A DNA stretch of 64,000 bases. It comes from Lysobacterales bacterium (GTDB lineage Bacteria > Pseudomonadota > Gammaproteobacteria > Xanthomonadales > SZUA-5). The stretch lies in NCBI GenBank assembly GCA_022844165.1, contig JALHMH010000024.1, positions 1-64,000 on the forward strand, read 5' to 3'. This document shows positions 10,034-19,736 of the stretch, piece after piece (position 1 is the stretch's first letter; every line of letters starts with the position of its first letter). A program made the position numbers and the translations under genes. The notes beneath the pieces were generated by a model. The model was not told the DNA's origin and did no database searches. It was given only the letters and a program-made list of their open reading frames with translations.

Positions 10034-10266
10034 AGTCTTGACGGAGCCGGATCTGTACATTTGAGTCAAATTTTCTGCGGAGCGGCTTAGGCTTTTGCAG
10101 CCCCTTGAGTCATGGGGGTGAGACTCGGCGCTGACACGCCGCAGGCGTGTGCCGAGTCGAGCGCCCGGCGGCTGCGCCGCTGGGCCGGAAATACGAAGCG
10201 CGGGGTTGTGGCGAGTACGCTGTCGGACGAAGCCAGCAGTGCTCGGCGGTCTGAGGCGAAGCCTCG
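10034..10266 (+). mobile_element. 233-bp CTAG-flanked structured repeat element
   Basis: CTAG at 10030-10033 and 10267-10270. Colinear with 17819-18066. Contains several hairpins. Confidence 0.75.
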
Positions 10267-10270
10267 CTAG

Positions 10271-10352
10271 GGTTATTCAGACCGCTCAGATGTAGCGGGA
10301 TCTTGTTGTTTCAGCCAAATTTTCTCGGAGCGGCTTTCGCTTTCTCAGCTTC
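10271..10352 (+). repeat. degenerate left-end fragment of the same element, in tandem
   Basis: gcgggatctt...ttctcggagcggcttt matches 17832-17875. Confidence 0.6.
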
Positions 10353-10547
10353 ACATCAAGGCTAACTTCATGCATACGGCCCTTCAGCGCCAGCTGTTGC
10401 GCGAGCAGCGACTGCCCACGATGCAAAGTTGCGCAATCTGCGTCAGCGCTTTTGATGCCCGCCTATCATTGAACTTGCTGAACCGACACATTGCGTGCGA
10501 TTCGAGTATGTGGAAGCATCTGCGCATCACGTCATCATATGATTGCG

Positions 10548-10781
10548 ATGCGAACGACCTTGGACCTGGATGAAGACGTCTTGCTTGCAGCTAAGCAGCA
10601 CGCTAAGCACTACCAGATTTCGATCGGAGCGGCTGTGTCTAAATTGGTGCGACAAGCTTTGATCGGCACGCCAACGACCCCTTGCTCACCGACAGCCAGC
10701 GGCTTTATCCCGTTTCCAGCACGTGGCGTAGTGGTTAGCGAGCGCATGATTGAGCAACTGCGCGAGGCAGAAGGGATTTGA
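10548..10781 (+). CDS. VapB-type (RHH/CopG) antitoxin
   Basis: MRTTLDLDEDVLLAAK...SIGAAVSKLVRQAL. Overlaps the start of the PIN gene. Confidence 0.85.
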   Translation: MRTTLDLDEDVLLAAKQHAKHYQISIGAAVSKLVRQALIGTPTTPCSPTASGFIPFPARGVVVSERMIEQLREAEGI

Positions 10782-11212
10782 TGCGCGCCTTGTTGGACGT
10801 CAATGTGCTAATTGCGTTGCTTGACGCAGGCCATGTGCACCACGTCAATGCGCAAAACTGGATGCTGCAAAATCTGCAGGATGGCTGGGCGTCTTGCCCG
10901 ATCACGCAAAACGGCTGTATCCGAATCATGGCGCAGCCCAGCTACCCTGGCTCCCCGTTTCCGATGGCCGAAGTCGCGAAGCGGCTAACCCAAGCCAGCC
11001 AGAACAACCACAGTTTCTGGCCGGACGACCTGAACACGCTGCACACGGATCGTTTGCTTTGGAATCATCTACTCGGCCATCGCCAGCTCACCGATGCGTA
11101 TTTGCTTGCCTTAGCCGTACAAAACCAAGGTCGTTTTGTGAGTTTCGACCTGGGCGTGGACTTAGCCTGTGTGCGTGGAGCAAAACCGGCGAACTATGCG
11201 CGGATTCTGTAA
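10778..11212 (+). CDS. PIN-domain VapC-type toxin
   Basis: Motifs LLDVNVLIAL, QLTDAYLLALA and VSFD. Confidence 0.9.
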   Translation: MMRALLDVNVLIALLDAGHVHHVNAQNWMLQNLQDGWASCPITQNGCIRIMAQPSYPGSPFPMAEVAKRLTQASQNNHSFWPDDLNTLHTDRLLWNHLLGHRQLTDAYLLALAVQNQGRFVSFDLGVDLACVRGAKPANYARIL

Positions 11213-11318
11213 CTGGCTTGACAACCAACGCATACGTCTTAAGCCTGCCGCGACTGTTCCGATCCCACCGGTTGGTTGACGTTGATCTTCGACTCCTTTG
11301 TCTTGTTGTTTGCAAACC

Positions 11319-12698
11319 ATGTCCAAGTTAGCTGCCCCAAATGCAAAACTTCATATCCTGATCCTGGCGGCGGGCGAGGGCAAGCGCATGCGCAGTCGCC
11401 GGCCGAAGGTGCTGTTGCCAGTGGCCGGAAAGCCGATGTTGCGCCACGTCATCGACACCGCGCGATCATTGAATCCGGCCGGAATCAGGGTGGTCTATGG
11501 GCATCGTGGCGAGCAGCTTAGAGCCGCGTTCGCCGATGCTGGCGATCTGGTTTGGGTGGAACAGGCGGCCCAGCGAGGCACCGGACATGCAGTGGGATTG
11601 GCACTGGCAGGATTGCCGGAGGATGCGCGCGTTCTCGTGTTGTATGGCGACGTGCCACTGTTAACCGCTGCAACCTTGGCGCCGCTGGCGTTGGGCAGCG
11701 GCTTGCAAGTGCTGACGGCGACGCTTGAAAATCCGCAGGGTTACGGCCGTGTCGTGTTCGACGCGCGTGGCCGCGTCGCTACGATCGTCGAAGAGCGCGA
11801 TGCGGATGATGCGACGCGCGCCATCACTGTGGTCAACACCGGTGTGATCGCGTGCGAGGCCGGCGTCCTGCGCGGATGGCTGGCCCGCATTGAGCCGAAT
11901 AATGCGCAGGGCGAGTTGTATCTGACCGACGTTTTTGCGTTCGCGGCGAGCGACGGCAATGGGGCAGGCATCGTTGCCTGCCGGGATGCGGGCGAGGCTT
12001 TCGGTGCAAACGATCCGCTGCAACTTGCGGAACTTGAACGCCTATATCAGCGCCGTTGCGTGGCGACGCTGTGTCACAACGGCGTGCGTGTCGCCGATGC
12101 GGCGCGGGTCGATGTGCGTGGTACGGTCGCGGTAGGCAGCGATGTGTCGCTGGACATCGATGTCATCCTCGAGGGCGAAGTGTCGCTGGGCGACGATGTA
12201 CTTATCGGTCCCTACTCGCGCGTGCGCAATTCGGTACTCGCTGCGGGCACCGAAGTGCTCGCGCACTGCGATCTCGACGGGGTGGTGACGATAGGGCCTT
12301 GCCGCATCGGGCCATTCGCGCGTTTGCGACCCGGTACTGTGCTTGGGCAAGGCGTGCACATCGGGAATTTTGTCGAGACCAAACAAGCGCACTTTAGCGA
12401 TAGCAGCAAAGCCAATCACCTGAGCTATGTGGGTGACACCATCGTCGGCCATCGCGCCAACATCGGCGCAGGCACGATCACCTGCAACTACGATGGCGTC
12501 AACAAACATCAGACAAAGATCGGCGACGATGCATTCGTGGGCTCGAATTCATCGTTGGTCGCGCCAGTGACCATCGGCGCTGGCGCAACGATCGGTGCGG
12601 GCTCAGTCATCGCCAAAGATGCGCCTGCGGGCGAGCTCACCGTGGCGCGGGCCAAACAGGCGACCATCAAGGGATGGAAGCGGCCAGCGAAGGAATGA
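11319..12698 (+). CDS. glmU: bifunctional UDP-N-acetylglucosamine pyrophosphorylase/acetyltransferase
   Basis: Motifs [17 protein letters not shown], hexapeptide repeats and [10 protein letters not shown]. Confidence 0.97.
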   Translation: MSKLAAPNAKLHILILAAGEGKRMRSRRPKVLLPVAGKPMLRHVIDTARSLNPAGIRVVYGHRGEQLRAAFADAGDLVWVEQAAQRGTGHAVGLALAGLPEDARVLVLYGDVPLLTAATLAPLALGSGLQVLTATLENPQGYGRVVFDARGRVATIVEERDADDATRAITVVNTGVIACEAGVLRGWLARIEPNNAQGELYLTDVFAFAASDGNGAGIVACRDAGEAFGANDPLQLAELERLYQRRCVATLCHNGVRVADAARVDVRGTVAVGSDVSLDIDVILEGEVSLGDDVLIGPYSRVRNSVLAAGTEVLAHCDLDGVVTIGPCRIGPFARLRPGTVLGQGVHIGNFVETKQAHFSDSSKANHLSYVGDTIVGHRANIGAGTITCNYDGVNKHQTKIGDDAFVGSNSSLVAPVTIGAGATIGAGSVIAKDAPAGELTVARAKQATIKGWKRPAKE

Positions 12699-12712
12699 GC
12701 GGTTAGCCCGGC

Positions 12713-13174
12713 TTATAGCCACCGCCTGACCTTGACCATGTACCCGGCATATTCCGAACCAAACTTGTTCAGTAGTGCCCGCTCCTCGGGCGCGATCTGA
12801 AAGCGGTTCATGTACCACACAAAGGCCGGCAGCACGACCAGCGCAGCGGCGCTTTTCAGGCAAGTTGCAACTGCCAAAAGCACCAGCAGCATGCCCAGAT
12901 ACATTGGATTGCGGCTCCATCGGTATACGCCGGCCTGCACCACACGAGCCGAGCGCTCGGGCACCATGGGATTGATCGTTGTGCCCTGCGAACGGAACGA
13001 AGCTACGCCAGCGAGTGCGACCGCAGTTCCAAGTGCGAAGAGCAGGGCCGCAGCGACGACTGCGGAGCCGAATTCAAGGTTCCATGTCGGGGTGATCTGC
13101 GACAGCGCCCAGGCTGCGCCAGCCGCAACTGCAAACACGATGAGTGGCGGCACTTTCAGTTCGAGCGAGACCAT
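12713..13174 (-). CDS. isoprenylcysteine carboxylmethyltransferase (PEMT/ICMT-like) family membrane protein
   Basis: Motifs GVYRWSRNPMYLG and PEERALLNKFG..Y...VRRW. Confidence 0.88.
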   Translation of the reverse strand: MVSLELKVPPLIVFAVAAGAAWALSQITPTWNLEFGSAVVAAALLFALGTAVALAGVASFRSQGTTINPMVPERSARVVQAGVYRWSRNPMYLGMLLVLLAVATCLKSAAALVVLPAFVWYMNRFQIAPEERALLNKFGSEYAGYMVKVRRWL

Positions 13175-13197
13175 GTGTGTTTGCTCTCCGTACTCAC

Positions 13198-13322
13198 AAG
13201 GCTGCAAAAGTCCAAAAATCTGTGCGTTCCGCAAGTCGCGGGTCCGGCGCATGTCCGGACTCGATCCCTATGGATCAACCACTTACGTGCACAAACCATC
13301 AGCGAACCATCCTTGGTTCGCA
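13198..13322. repeat. degenerate copy of the 21331-21482 MITE
   Basis: ctgtgcgtt..caagtcgcg...catgtcc.gactcg...ggatcaa.cacttacgtgc...gcgaaccatcc.tggttcgc is shared with 21354-21455. Abuts CTAG at 13323-13326. Confidence 0.75.
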
Positions 13323-14063
13323 CTAGAACCCCCACTCGGGCGCGGGCATGGCGCGATGGGCGTCGCGTAGTGCTGTGGACCAGCGTTCGCGGATCATCTG
13401 GAAATAAGGATCGTGTTCGCCGATGCGGCGCACGCAGGCGTGGCTCATGTCGTCGCGGCGATGAACCAGCAAGTCCAGCGGCAACCCAACCGAGAGATTC
13501 GACCGAAGGGTCGAGTCCATCGAAATCAGCGCCAGTTTGACACCATCGGCGAGCGGCATATCGGGGCGCACGGCGCGATCGAGAATGGGCTTGCCGTACT
13601 TGTGTTCGCCGATCTGCAGGAAAGGCGTGTCGCGCGTGGCTTCGATAAAATTGCCGGCCGCGTAGATCTGAAACAGGCGCAGGGTACGGCCGGCAATTTG
13701 CCCGCCAACCAACACCGAGACATCGAAGCGCACGTCTTGTTTGCGCATTGCCTCGCCATGAATTTTGTGGACATGGCGCACAGCTTCGCCAACGAGTTCT
13801 GCGGCGCGGAACATGGTGGGAACCGTGTACACAGTGTCCTTCTGCCCAGCGTCGGATTCGGGCAACCCCTCCTGGATCAGATTCACCACGGACTGCGATA
13901 CCGCCAGATTGCCCGAGGTCATCACCGAAATCAGTCGATCGCCCGGCTTGTGAAAAACATGCAGCTTGGCGAATGTCGAAATGTTGTCCATGCCCGCGTT
14001 GGTCCGCGTGTCGGCGAGCATGACCAAGCCTGGTTCGAGCAAGAGACCGACGCAATAGGTCAT
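13323..14063 (-). CDS. proteasome-type Ntn peptidase (Anbu family)
   Basis: N-terminal M-T-YCVG (catalytic Thr), DTRTNAGMD, QIGEHKYGKPILDR and RSNLSVGLP. Confidence 0.92.
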   Translation of the reverse strand: MTYCVGLLLEPGLVMLADTRTNAGMDNISTFAKLHVFHKPGDRLISVMTSGNLAVSQSVVNLIQEGLPESDAGQKDTVYTVPTMFRAAELVGEAVRHVHKIHGEAMRKQDVRFDVSVLVGGQIAGRTLRLFQIYAAGNFIEATRDTPFLQIGEHKYGKPILDRAVRPDMPLADGVKLALISMDSTLRSNLSVGLPLDLLVHRRDDMSHACVRRIGEHDPYFQMIRERWSTALRDAHRAMPAPEWGF

Positions 14064-14114
14064 ATGCAGATCGCGCTGAGCAAACAGGGAAAGATAGCCG
14101 AAACGAGCGTTGCC

Positions 14115-14915
14115 CTATTGATCGCCAACTCTCACCAGGACTTCAAGGGACTCAATACCACCGCCGACGCGCACGCCGCGCACGGGCGCCGCATCGCGAT
14201 AGTCTCGCCCGGTCGCCACGCGCACGTAGCGCTCGTCCGGACAAATCTGGTTGGCTGGATCGAACCCCACCCACCCCAGGCCCTCGACATAGATCTCAAC
14301 CCAGGCATGACTCGCGGCGATTTGTTCGGCGCTGGCGCACAAATATCCAGACACATAGCGCGCCGGATGGCCCAGCGCGCGCGCTGCGGCCAGCAGCACG
14401 TGGGCGTGATCCTGGCACACACCGGCGCCGGCTGCCAAAGCCTCCGCGGCCGGCGTTGCGACGTCGGTCGTCAACGGTTGATAGTCGATACGCTCGCGAA
14501 CGGCGGCACTGAGGCGATGCAGACGGGCAACGTCGCTCTCGGAATCGCGCGCGGTTCCATGAGCCATTTCCAGGATGGCCGCATCCGCGCTCGTGAGCAG
14601 CGTTGGATGGACAAAAAACGCTGGCGGCAACGAATCTTCGGTGTGCCCAACCACACCATGGCGATCGAGCGTTTCGACTTCGGCATGCACATGCAGCCTG
14701 AGCGCGGCGGAGGGGCCTTCGGCGACATGCGTTGCAACTGGATTGCCAAAGCCGTCTCTGCTCGTGGGCCGAATCTTGCGCCCATCGACGTCGACACGCC
14801 ACTCGTAGATGACCTGTCCGCCACCGGGCACTGGCCATAATCTCAAGGCCTGATGTACGCGCAGCGGTGCATCGCCATAGCGATAAGTGGTCGTGTGATC
14901 GATCACGATTTGCAT
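14115..14915 (-). CDS. transglutaminase family protein
   Basis: Motifs HTTTYRY, GVCQDHAH, SHAWVE, GFDPAN and GRDYRDAAPVRG. Confidence 0.92.
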   Translation of the reverse strand: MQIVIDHTTTYRYGDAPLRVHQALRLWPVPGGGQVIYEWRVDVDGRKIRPTSRDGFGNPVATHVAEGPSAALRLHVHAEVETLDRHGVVGHTEDSLPPAFFVHPTLLTSADAAILEMAHGTARDSESDVARLHRLSAAVRERIDYQPLTTDVATPAAEALAAGAGVCQDHAHVLLAAARALGHPARYVSGYLCASAEQIAASHAWVEIYVEGLGWVGFDPANQICPDERYVRVATGRDYRDAAPVRGVRVGGGIESLEVLVRVGDQ

Positions 14916-14953
14916 GCGATTCCGCTCCGTCAAGGATTCACCAAACAAACGCG

Positions 14954-15871
14954 TCAGAAGCAATATCCGCGAGCGACTTGTGCGCTGATCTCGCCGATCC
15001 GCGCGATCAGATCGCGCAGCCGCGCCGTCGGGTGAGCATCGAGCACATCGTCGATGCGGCCGAAGCGCAGCTGCGCGTACATGAGGTGCGCGAGCCGTTT
15101 GCACTCGGCGCTTTGTCGCGGATCCTGGTCGCGAATTTCCGCGAGTTGCTGCGTGATCTGCTCAAAACAGTAGACCAGCGAGCGCGGAAACTCCGGCCGC
15201 AGCATCAGCAGTTCCGCCACCGCACGTGGCGCAACGCGGCCTTTGTAGAAGACGCGATAGGCGCGCCGAGCGCCGACGACGCGCAAGACCGCCAATGCAG
15301 CTTGATCATCGATGTTCTGAGCGTCGCTTGTGGACAGGCTTGCGGATACGCGTTCGGCGAGCAACCGCGCGCTGTTGTCGGCGCGCTCAAGAAACTGTCC
15401 AAGACGGGTAAAGCGAAACCCGTCGGTGCGCAGCAGCGTGCTGGCGTAAGCTCCATGGAACAAGCCGGTGCGCGCTTTGACCCAATCTAAAAAGGCGCTG
15501 AGCCGATCCTCGTCCATCTTTGCCGGATCGAAGCTGCGCAATTCGAGCCATGTGCCATTCACCGCATCCCACATATCCACGGTCAATGCCGTGCGCACGG
15601 CACGCGCGTTTCGCCGTGCGTTTTCCAGACAGCTGACGATGGACGACGCATTGGAGCTGTCGAAAGCCAGGTATCGCACCACACGTGTGCTGTCGGCGTT
15701 TTCCAGCGAGCTGCCGGATGCCGCCAGTGCCGCACGCCACTCGCTGTCGCGGTCGCCATCTGCGCGCACGGCCGACAAATGCGCCGCCGATAGCAGCAGA
15801 CGCGCGGTGTAGTCGGCACGTTCCAGATCACGCGCCAGCCAATACAAATTGGAAGCAGTGCGCGCCAGCAT
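14954..15871 (-). CDS. alpha-E domain-containing protein
   Basis: Motifs LYWLARDLERAD, ARRNARAVR, LGQFLERADN and FPRSL. Confidence 0.9.
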   Translation of the reverse strand: MLARTASNLYWLARDLERADYTARLLLSAAHLSAVRADGDRDSEWRAALAASGSSLENADSTRVVRYLAFDSSNASSIVSCLENARRNARAVRTALTVDMWDAVNGTWLELRSFDPAKMDEDRLSAFLDWVKARTGLFHGAYASTLLRTDGFRFTRLGQFLERADNSARLLAERVSASLSTSDAQNIDDQAALAVLRVVGARRAYRVFYKGRVAPRAVAELLMLRPEFPRSLVYCFEQITQQLAEIRDQDPRQSAECKRLAHLMYAQLRFGRIDDVLDAHPTARLRDLIARIGEISAQVARGYCF

Positions 15872-17310
15872 TAATCGAGCCCCTTGTCATTCTCGAGCAC
15901 CCAGGTGTCTTTGGTGCCGCCGCCTTGCGAGGAATTCACCACCAACGAGCCTTCGCGCAGCGCAACGCGCGTCAGGCCGCCGGGCACAATACGCGTGCAC
16001 TCGCCGGTGAGTACGAAGGGACGTAAGTCGACATGGCGCGGCGCGATGCCGTTTTCGACGAACGTCGGTACCGTCGACAGCGCCAATGTCGGTTGCGCGA
16101 TGTACTCGTGCGGCCTGGCTCGTAGTTGCGCAGCGAACGCAGCTCGTTCGGCACTGCTGGCATGCGGTCCGACCAGCATCCCGTAACCACCAGAGCCATG
16201 CACCTCTTTGACCACCAGCTCATGGAGATGCTCAAGCACGTACTTCAGGTCGTCTGGTTTACGGCAATCGAAGGTCGGTACATTGGCCAGCAGTGGTTCT
16301 TCGCCCAAGTAAAACCGCACCATCTCGGGCACATGGATGTACACCGCCTTGTCGTCGGCGATGCCCGCGCCAATCGCGTTGGCGAGATTCACGTTGCCGG
16401 CACGATAGGCAAAATACAAACCCGGAACACCGAGCAGCGAGTTTTCCCGAAAGGCGAGGGGATCGATATAGTCGTCATCGATGCGTCGATACACCACGTC
16501 GACACGCTCAAGTCCGCCGGTGGTGCGCATATAACAAATGTCGTCGCGAACAATCAGATCCGCGCCTTCGACCAGTTCGATGCCCATTTCGTCGGCCAGA
16601 AAAGCGTGTTCGTAATAGGCGCTGTTGTGAATCCCGGGCGACAACAGCACGACTGTCGGTTCGCCGCGGCAATGAACCGGCGCCACACTGCGTAGTGTTT
16701 CCAGGAGTTCGTCGGGATAGTGCGCTACCGGCGCGACGCTGGCACGACGGAACAGCTCTGGGAACAACCGCAACATCACCTCACGATTTTCCAGCATGTA
16801 CGAGACGCCTGAAGGCGTTCGACAATTGTCTTCCAGCACGTAGTACTGGTCTGGGCCGGTCCGGACCAGGTCAATGCCTGCAATATGCGTGTAGACCCGG
16901 CGCGGCAGCTCGAATCCGGCCATTTCCGGGCGGAACTGCGGATTGCCCAACACCAGCTGTTGCGGCACGCGCCCCGCGCGCAGGATCTCGCGATCATGAT
17001 AAACATCGTGGATGAAGGCGTTGAGCGCCCGCACACGCTGCTCAAGCCCGCGCTGCAGGCGTTGCCATTCAGACTGCGCAAGCACTCGCGGGATCAGGTC
17101 GAAGGGAATCAGCCGTTCCGGATCGCCGCCTTCGCTGTACACGGCAAAGGTGATGCCGATGCGCCGAAACCATTCTTCAGCTTCGCGTCGCTTGAGTGCC
17201 ACATGTTCGGGTGGCAGCGCCTGCAACCATGCGTCGATCAGCGCGTAGGGCGCACGTGTTGCGCCGTCGCTGTGCATCTCGTCGAATACCGGGGCGCTGG
17301 CTTGCGTCAT
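15871..17310 (-). CDS. circularly permuted type 2 ATP-grasp protein
   Basis: Motifs LEDNCRTPSGVSYMLENR, RRIDDDYIDP, HVDLRPF and VVNSSQGGGTKDTW. Confidence 0.93.
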   Translation of the reverse strand: MTQASAPVFDEMHSDGATRAPYALIDAWLQALPPEHVALKRREAEEWFRRIGITFAVYSEGGDPERLIPFDLIPRVLAQSEWQRLQRGLEQRVRALNAFIHDVYHDREILRAGRVPQQLVLGNPQFRPEMAGFELPRRVYTHIAGIDLVRTGPDQYYVLEDNCRTPSGVSYMLENREVMLRLFPELFRRASVAPVAHYPDELLETLRSVAPVHCRGEPTVVLLSPGIHNSAYYEHAFLADEMGIELVEGADLIVRDDICYMRTTGGLERVDVVYRRIDDDYIDPLAFRENSLLGVPGLYFAYRAGNVNLANAIGAGIADDKAVYIHVPEMVRFYLGEEPLLANVPTFDCRKPDDLKYVLEHLHELVVKEVHGSGGYGMLVGPHASSAERAAFAAQLRARPHEYIAQPTLALSTVPTFVENGIAPRHVDLRPFVLTGECTRIVPGGLTRVALREGSLVVNSSQGGGTKDTWVLENDKGLD

Positions 17311-17361
17311 CGTTTTCGCCTTGGCTTTTGTAGCGAGTGTGCCGTTGTGCGCTGCACAACG

Positions 17362-17781
17362 TCAAGGCGTTGCGAACCAGGGCTCGATGTGCGCCATCAG
17401 TGCGGCGAAATAGGACGAGCGCCAGGTCTTTTCATCCAACACCAACAGTGGCGGCCACTGCGCCACGGCATCGATGTCGATGGGGCACAACATTGGTGTT
17501 GACGACGGGCGGATGCGACCGACGCGAGCTTCGATCTCGCGCAGTGCGAGTTTTAGATCGCTACGTGGCTCCGATTGACGCTGCATGTCGGCATGCACCA
17601 GTAGCGCCAGATTGAGATAAGGCGGGGCATCGTCTTGCGCTGCGGTGAGCACTCGCGCCGACTGTTTCACGACTGAAAACTGCCCATACAAGAGTTCCAG
17701 AGCGCGATCGATGTTCCGTTCTGGAGAGACGTTGCTGCCCAACACCAGCAGCAAGTAAGCCGGCTGCCGCTCGGCTACCAT
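17362..17781 (-). CDS. folK: divergent 2-amino-4-hydroxy-6-hydroxymethyldihydropteridine diphosphokinase
   Basis: Motifs LGSNV, YLNLA, IEARVGR and IDID. Lies downstream of folB. Confidence 0.7.
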   Translation of the reverse strand: MVAERQPAYLLLVLGSNVSPERNIDRALELLYGQFSVVKQSARVLTAAQDDAPPYLNLALLVHADMQRQSEPRSDLKLALREIEARVGRIRPSSTPMLCPIDIDAVAQWPPLLVLDEKTWRSSYFAALMAHIEPWFATP

Positions 17782-17818
17782 AACTCGGGACTTAGCCGTT
17801 GTGCGGCGACTGCGCTAG

Positions 17819-18066
17819 AGTCCTTGTCTGAGCGGGATCTTATCATTTGAGTCAAGTTCTCGTCGGAGCGGCTTTGGCTGTTGAAGCCCCCTTGAGTACA
17901 AGGGGGGTGAGGATCGGCGCCGACACGCCGCTAGGCGTGTGCCGAGCCGAACGACCGGCGGCTGTGCCGCGGGGCCGGAAATGAGCGCGCAGCGCTCAAT
18001 GGGGGTTTTGGCAAGTACGGTGTCTGGCGAAGCCAGCAATACTCGGCGGTCTGAGGCGAAGCCTCG
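17819..18066 (+). mobile_element. 248-bp CTAG-flanked structured repeat element inserted between folB and folK
   Basis: CTAG at 17815-17818 and 18067-18070; the latter supplies the folB TAG stop. Colinear with 10034-10266. Confidence 0.78.
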
Positions 18067-18459
18067 CTAGTCATCGAAATCGCCTTGAGCAGCGTTGATC
18101 GAATCGCGGTCGAGGTCGACGCGCACCGCGATCTCTGCCGGCAAAAGTCCGACGACGCGCTTCCATGCGGTCAGCGTCAAACTCCTGAGTGGATAGCGGC
18201 GCATTAACTCACCGCCTAACTCATGCGTAAACCGCTCCAGCAGCTCGAAACGATGGCATTGCCCGAAACTGCGAATCGCGGCGCAGACGTCGTCATAGTC
18301 GACCGTGTCGCGAAGCGCATCGCTGCGCGCGGAACGCTGGCTGTCGAGCCTGAGCGAAACGTCTAACTTCAGCGCCTGCGGTGCGAGTTTTTCAACATCG
18401 TATACCCCGATAATCGTATCGACCCGGAGATTGTTGATCAGGATTGTCGTCAGTGACAT
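18067..18459 (-). CDS. folB: dihydroneopterin aldolase
   Basis: Motifs IGVYDVEK..Q, DTVDY and LLERF. Confidence 0.88.
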   Translation of the reverse strand: MSLTTILINNLRVDTIIGVYDVEKLAPQALKLDVSLRLDSQRSARSDALRDTVDYDDVCAAIRSFGQCHRFELLERFTHELGGELMRRYPLRSLTLTAWKRVVGLLPAEIAVRVDLDRDSINAAQGDFDD

Positions 18460-18707
18460 GAGCCGTCGGATGGTAAGCGGGGCGGAAGAGTCGGAGTCAG
18501 TTGGTCAGTAGAGCCATTGTTGAGCCTCGTGCATGATCAATCAAAGCGACGATCGAGTTCAGCCGTCCCAATGCCTTTTTCTTTTCGGCCATTGCGATGA
18601 TGCCTGGAAAGTGAACCTGAGGAAGCTTAAATTCCCAGTGTCGGCAGAGGCATGCTCTGTGCTGATGTACCCTCTACGACTCCCTAGACCATGTCCGCCA
18701 TTCTCCA

Positions 18708-19730
18708 ATGCGCATTTTAGGCATCGAAACCAGTTGCGATGAAACCGGACTGGCGATTTACGACACCGAGCGCGGACTGCTCGCGGATCGATTGCACAGC
18801 CAGACGCAATTGCACAACGACTACGGCGGTGTGGTGCCCGAATTGGCCTCGCGCGATCACATTCTGCGCTTATTGCCGTTGATCGACGAGGTGTTGATGC
18901 AGGCGCAATTGACGCGTCGCGATCTGGACGGTATTGCGTACACTGAGGGTCCGGGATTGATTGGTGCGTTGCTGACCGGTGCAACGTTGGCAAAAACTCT
19001 GGCCTGGACGCTGAATGTGCCGGCGCTGGGCGTGCATCATCTCGAGGGCCACTTGCTGGCGCCGTTATTGGAAACGCCATCACCTGCTTTTCCGTTTGTG
19101 GCTCTCATCGTTTCTGGCGGGCACTCGCTGTTGATGGATGTGCAGGGCGTCGGCCGCTACGAACTGCTCGGCGATACACTGGACGATGCCGCGGGCGAGG
19201 CCTTCGACAAAACCGCCAAACTGCTGGGTTTGCCATATCCGGGCGGACCGGCGTTGGCTCAGTTGGCGCAATCTGGCGTTGCCGGCGCCTTCAAATTCTC
19301 GCGGCCACTGACCGATCGCCCAACGCTTGATTTCAGTTTCAGCGGCTTGAAGACGCAGGTGATGCTCGCGATCAAAGCGCAAGGCGACGATCGTTCTCGG
19401 GACGCAGATATCGCGCGCGGATTCGAGGACGCTGTCGTCGACACGTTGGTTTGGAAATGCCAGCGAGCGCTACACCGGTCGCAGCGCTCGCGGCTGGTCG
19501 TGGCGGGAGGAGTCGGCGCGAACAAGCGGTTGCGCGAGCGCTTGCTCGCCCTGCCGCAGTGCGATGTCTACTTCCCACGCCCGGCGTTTTGCACCGACAA
19601 CGGCGCCATGATCGCACTCGCCGGCGCGCTGCGCTTATCCGCCGGGCAACGCGAAGATTCCATCATTCGCGCCACACCGCGTCGCGAGCTGGCCAGCCTT
19701 TTGCCGCCAGCTAAGGTAGGCGACGACTGA
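18708..19730 (+). CDS. tsaD: tRNA N6-adenosine threonylcarbamoyltransferase
   Basis: Motifs [37 protein letters not shown] and CTDNGAMIA. Confidence 0.97.
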   Translation: MRILGIETSCDETGLAIYDTERGLLADRLHSQTQLHNDYGGVVPELASRDHILRLLPLIDEVLMQAQLTRRDLDGIAYTEGPGLIGALLTGATLAKTLAWTLNVPALGVHHLEGHLLAPLLETPSPAFPFVALIVSGGHSLLMDVQGVGRYELLGDTLDDAAGEAFDKTAKLLGLPYPGGPALAQLAQSGVAGAFKFSRPLTDRPTLDFSFSGLKTQVMLAIKAQGDDRSRDADIARGFEDAVVDTLVWKCQRALHRSQRSRLVVAGGVGANKRLRERLLALPQCDVYFPRPAFCTDNGAMIALAGALRLSAGQREDSIIRATPRRELASLLPPAKVGDD

Positions 19731-19736
19731 CCAACC

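Noticed and set aside
9782-10069. N-terminal extension of the cytochrome c peroxidase ORF
   Set aside because: It starts inside the repeat element. The signal peptide begins at Met 9781.
10034-10266. tRNA or riboswitch interpretation of the structured element
   Set aside because: No T-loop/D-loop consensus or CCA end, no recognisable aptamer, multiple dispersed copies in both orientations, and direct-repeat flanks.
13413-14840. Long antisense ORFs (also 31105-32532, 40862-42235, 57771-59231, 62719-63858)
   Set aside because: They are shadow ORFs opposite well-supported genes in GC-rich DNA and have no recognisable motifs.
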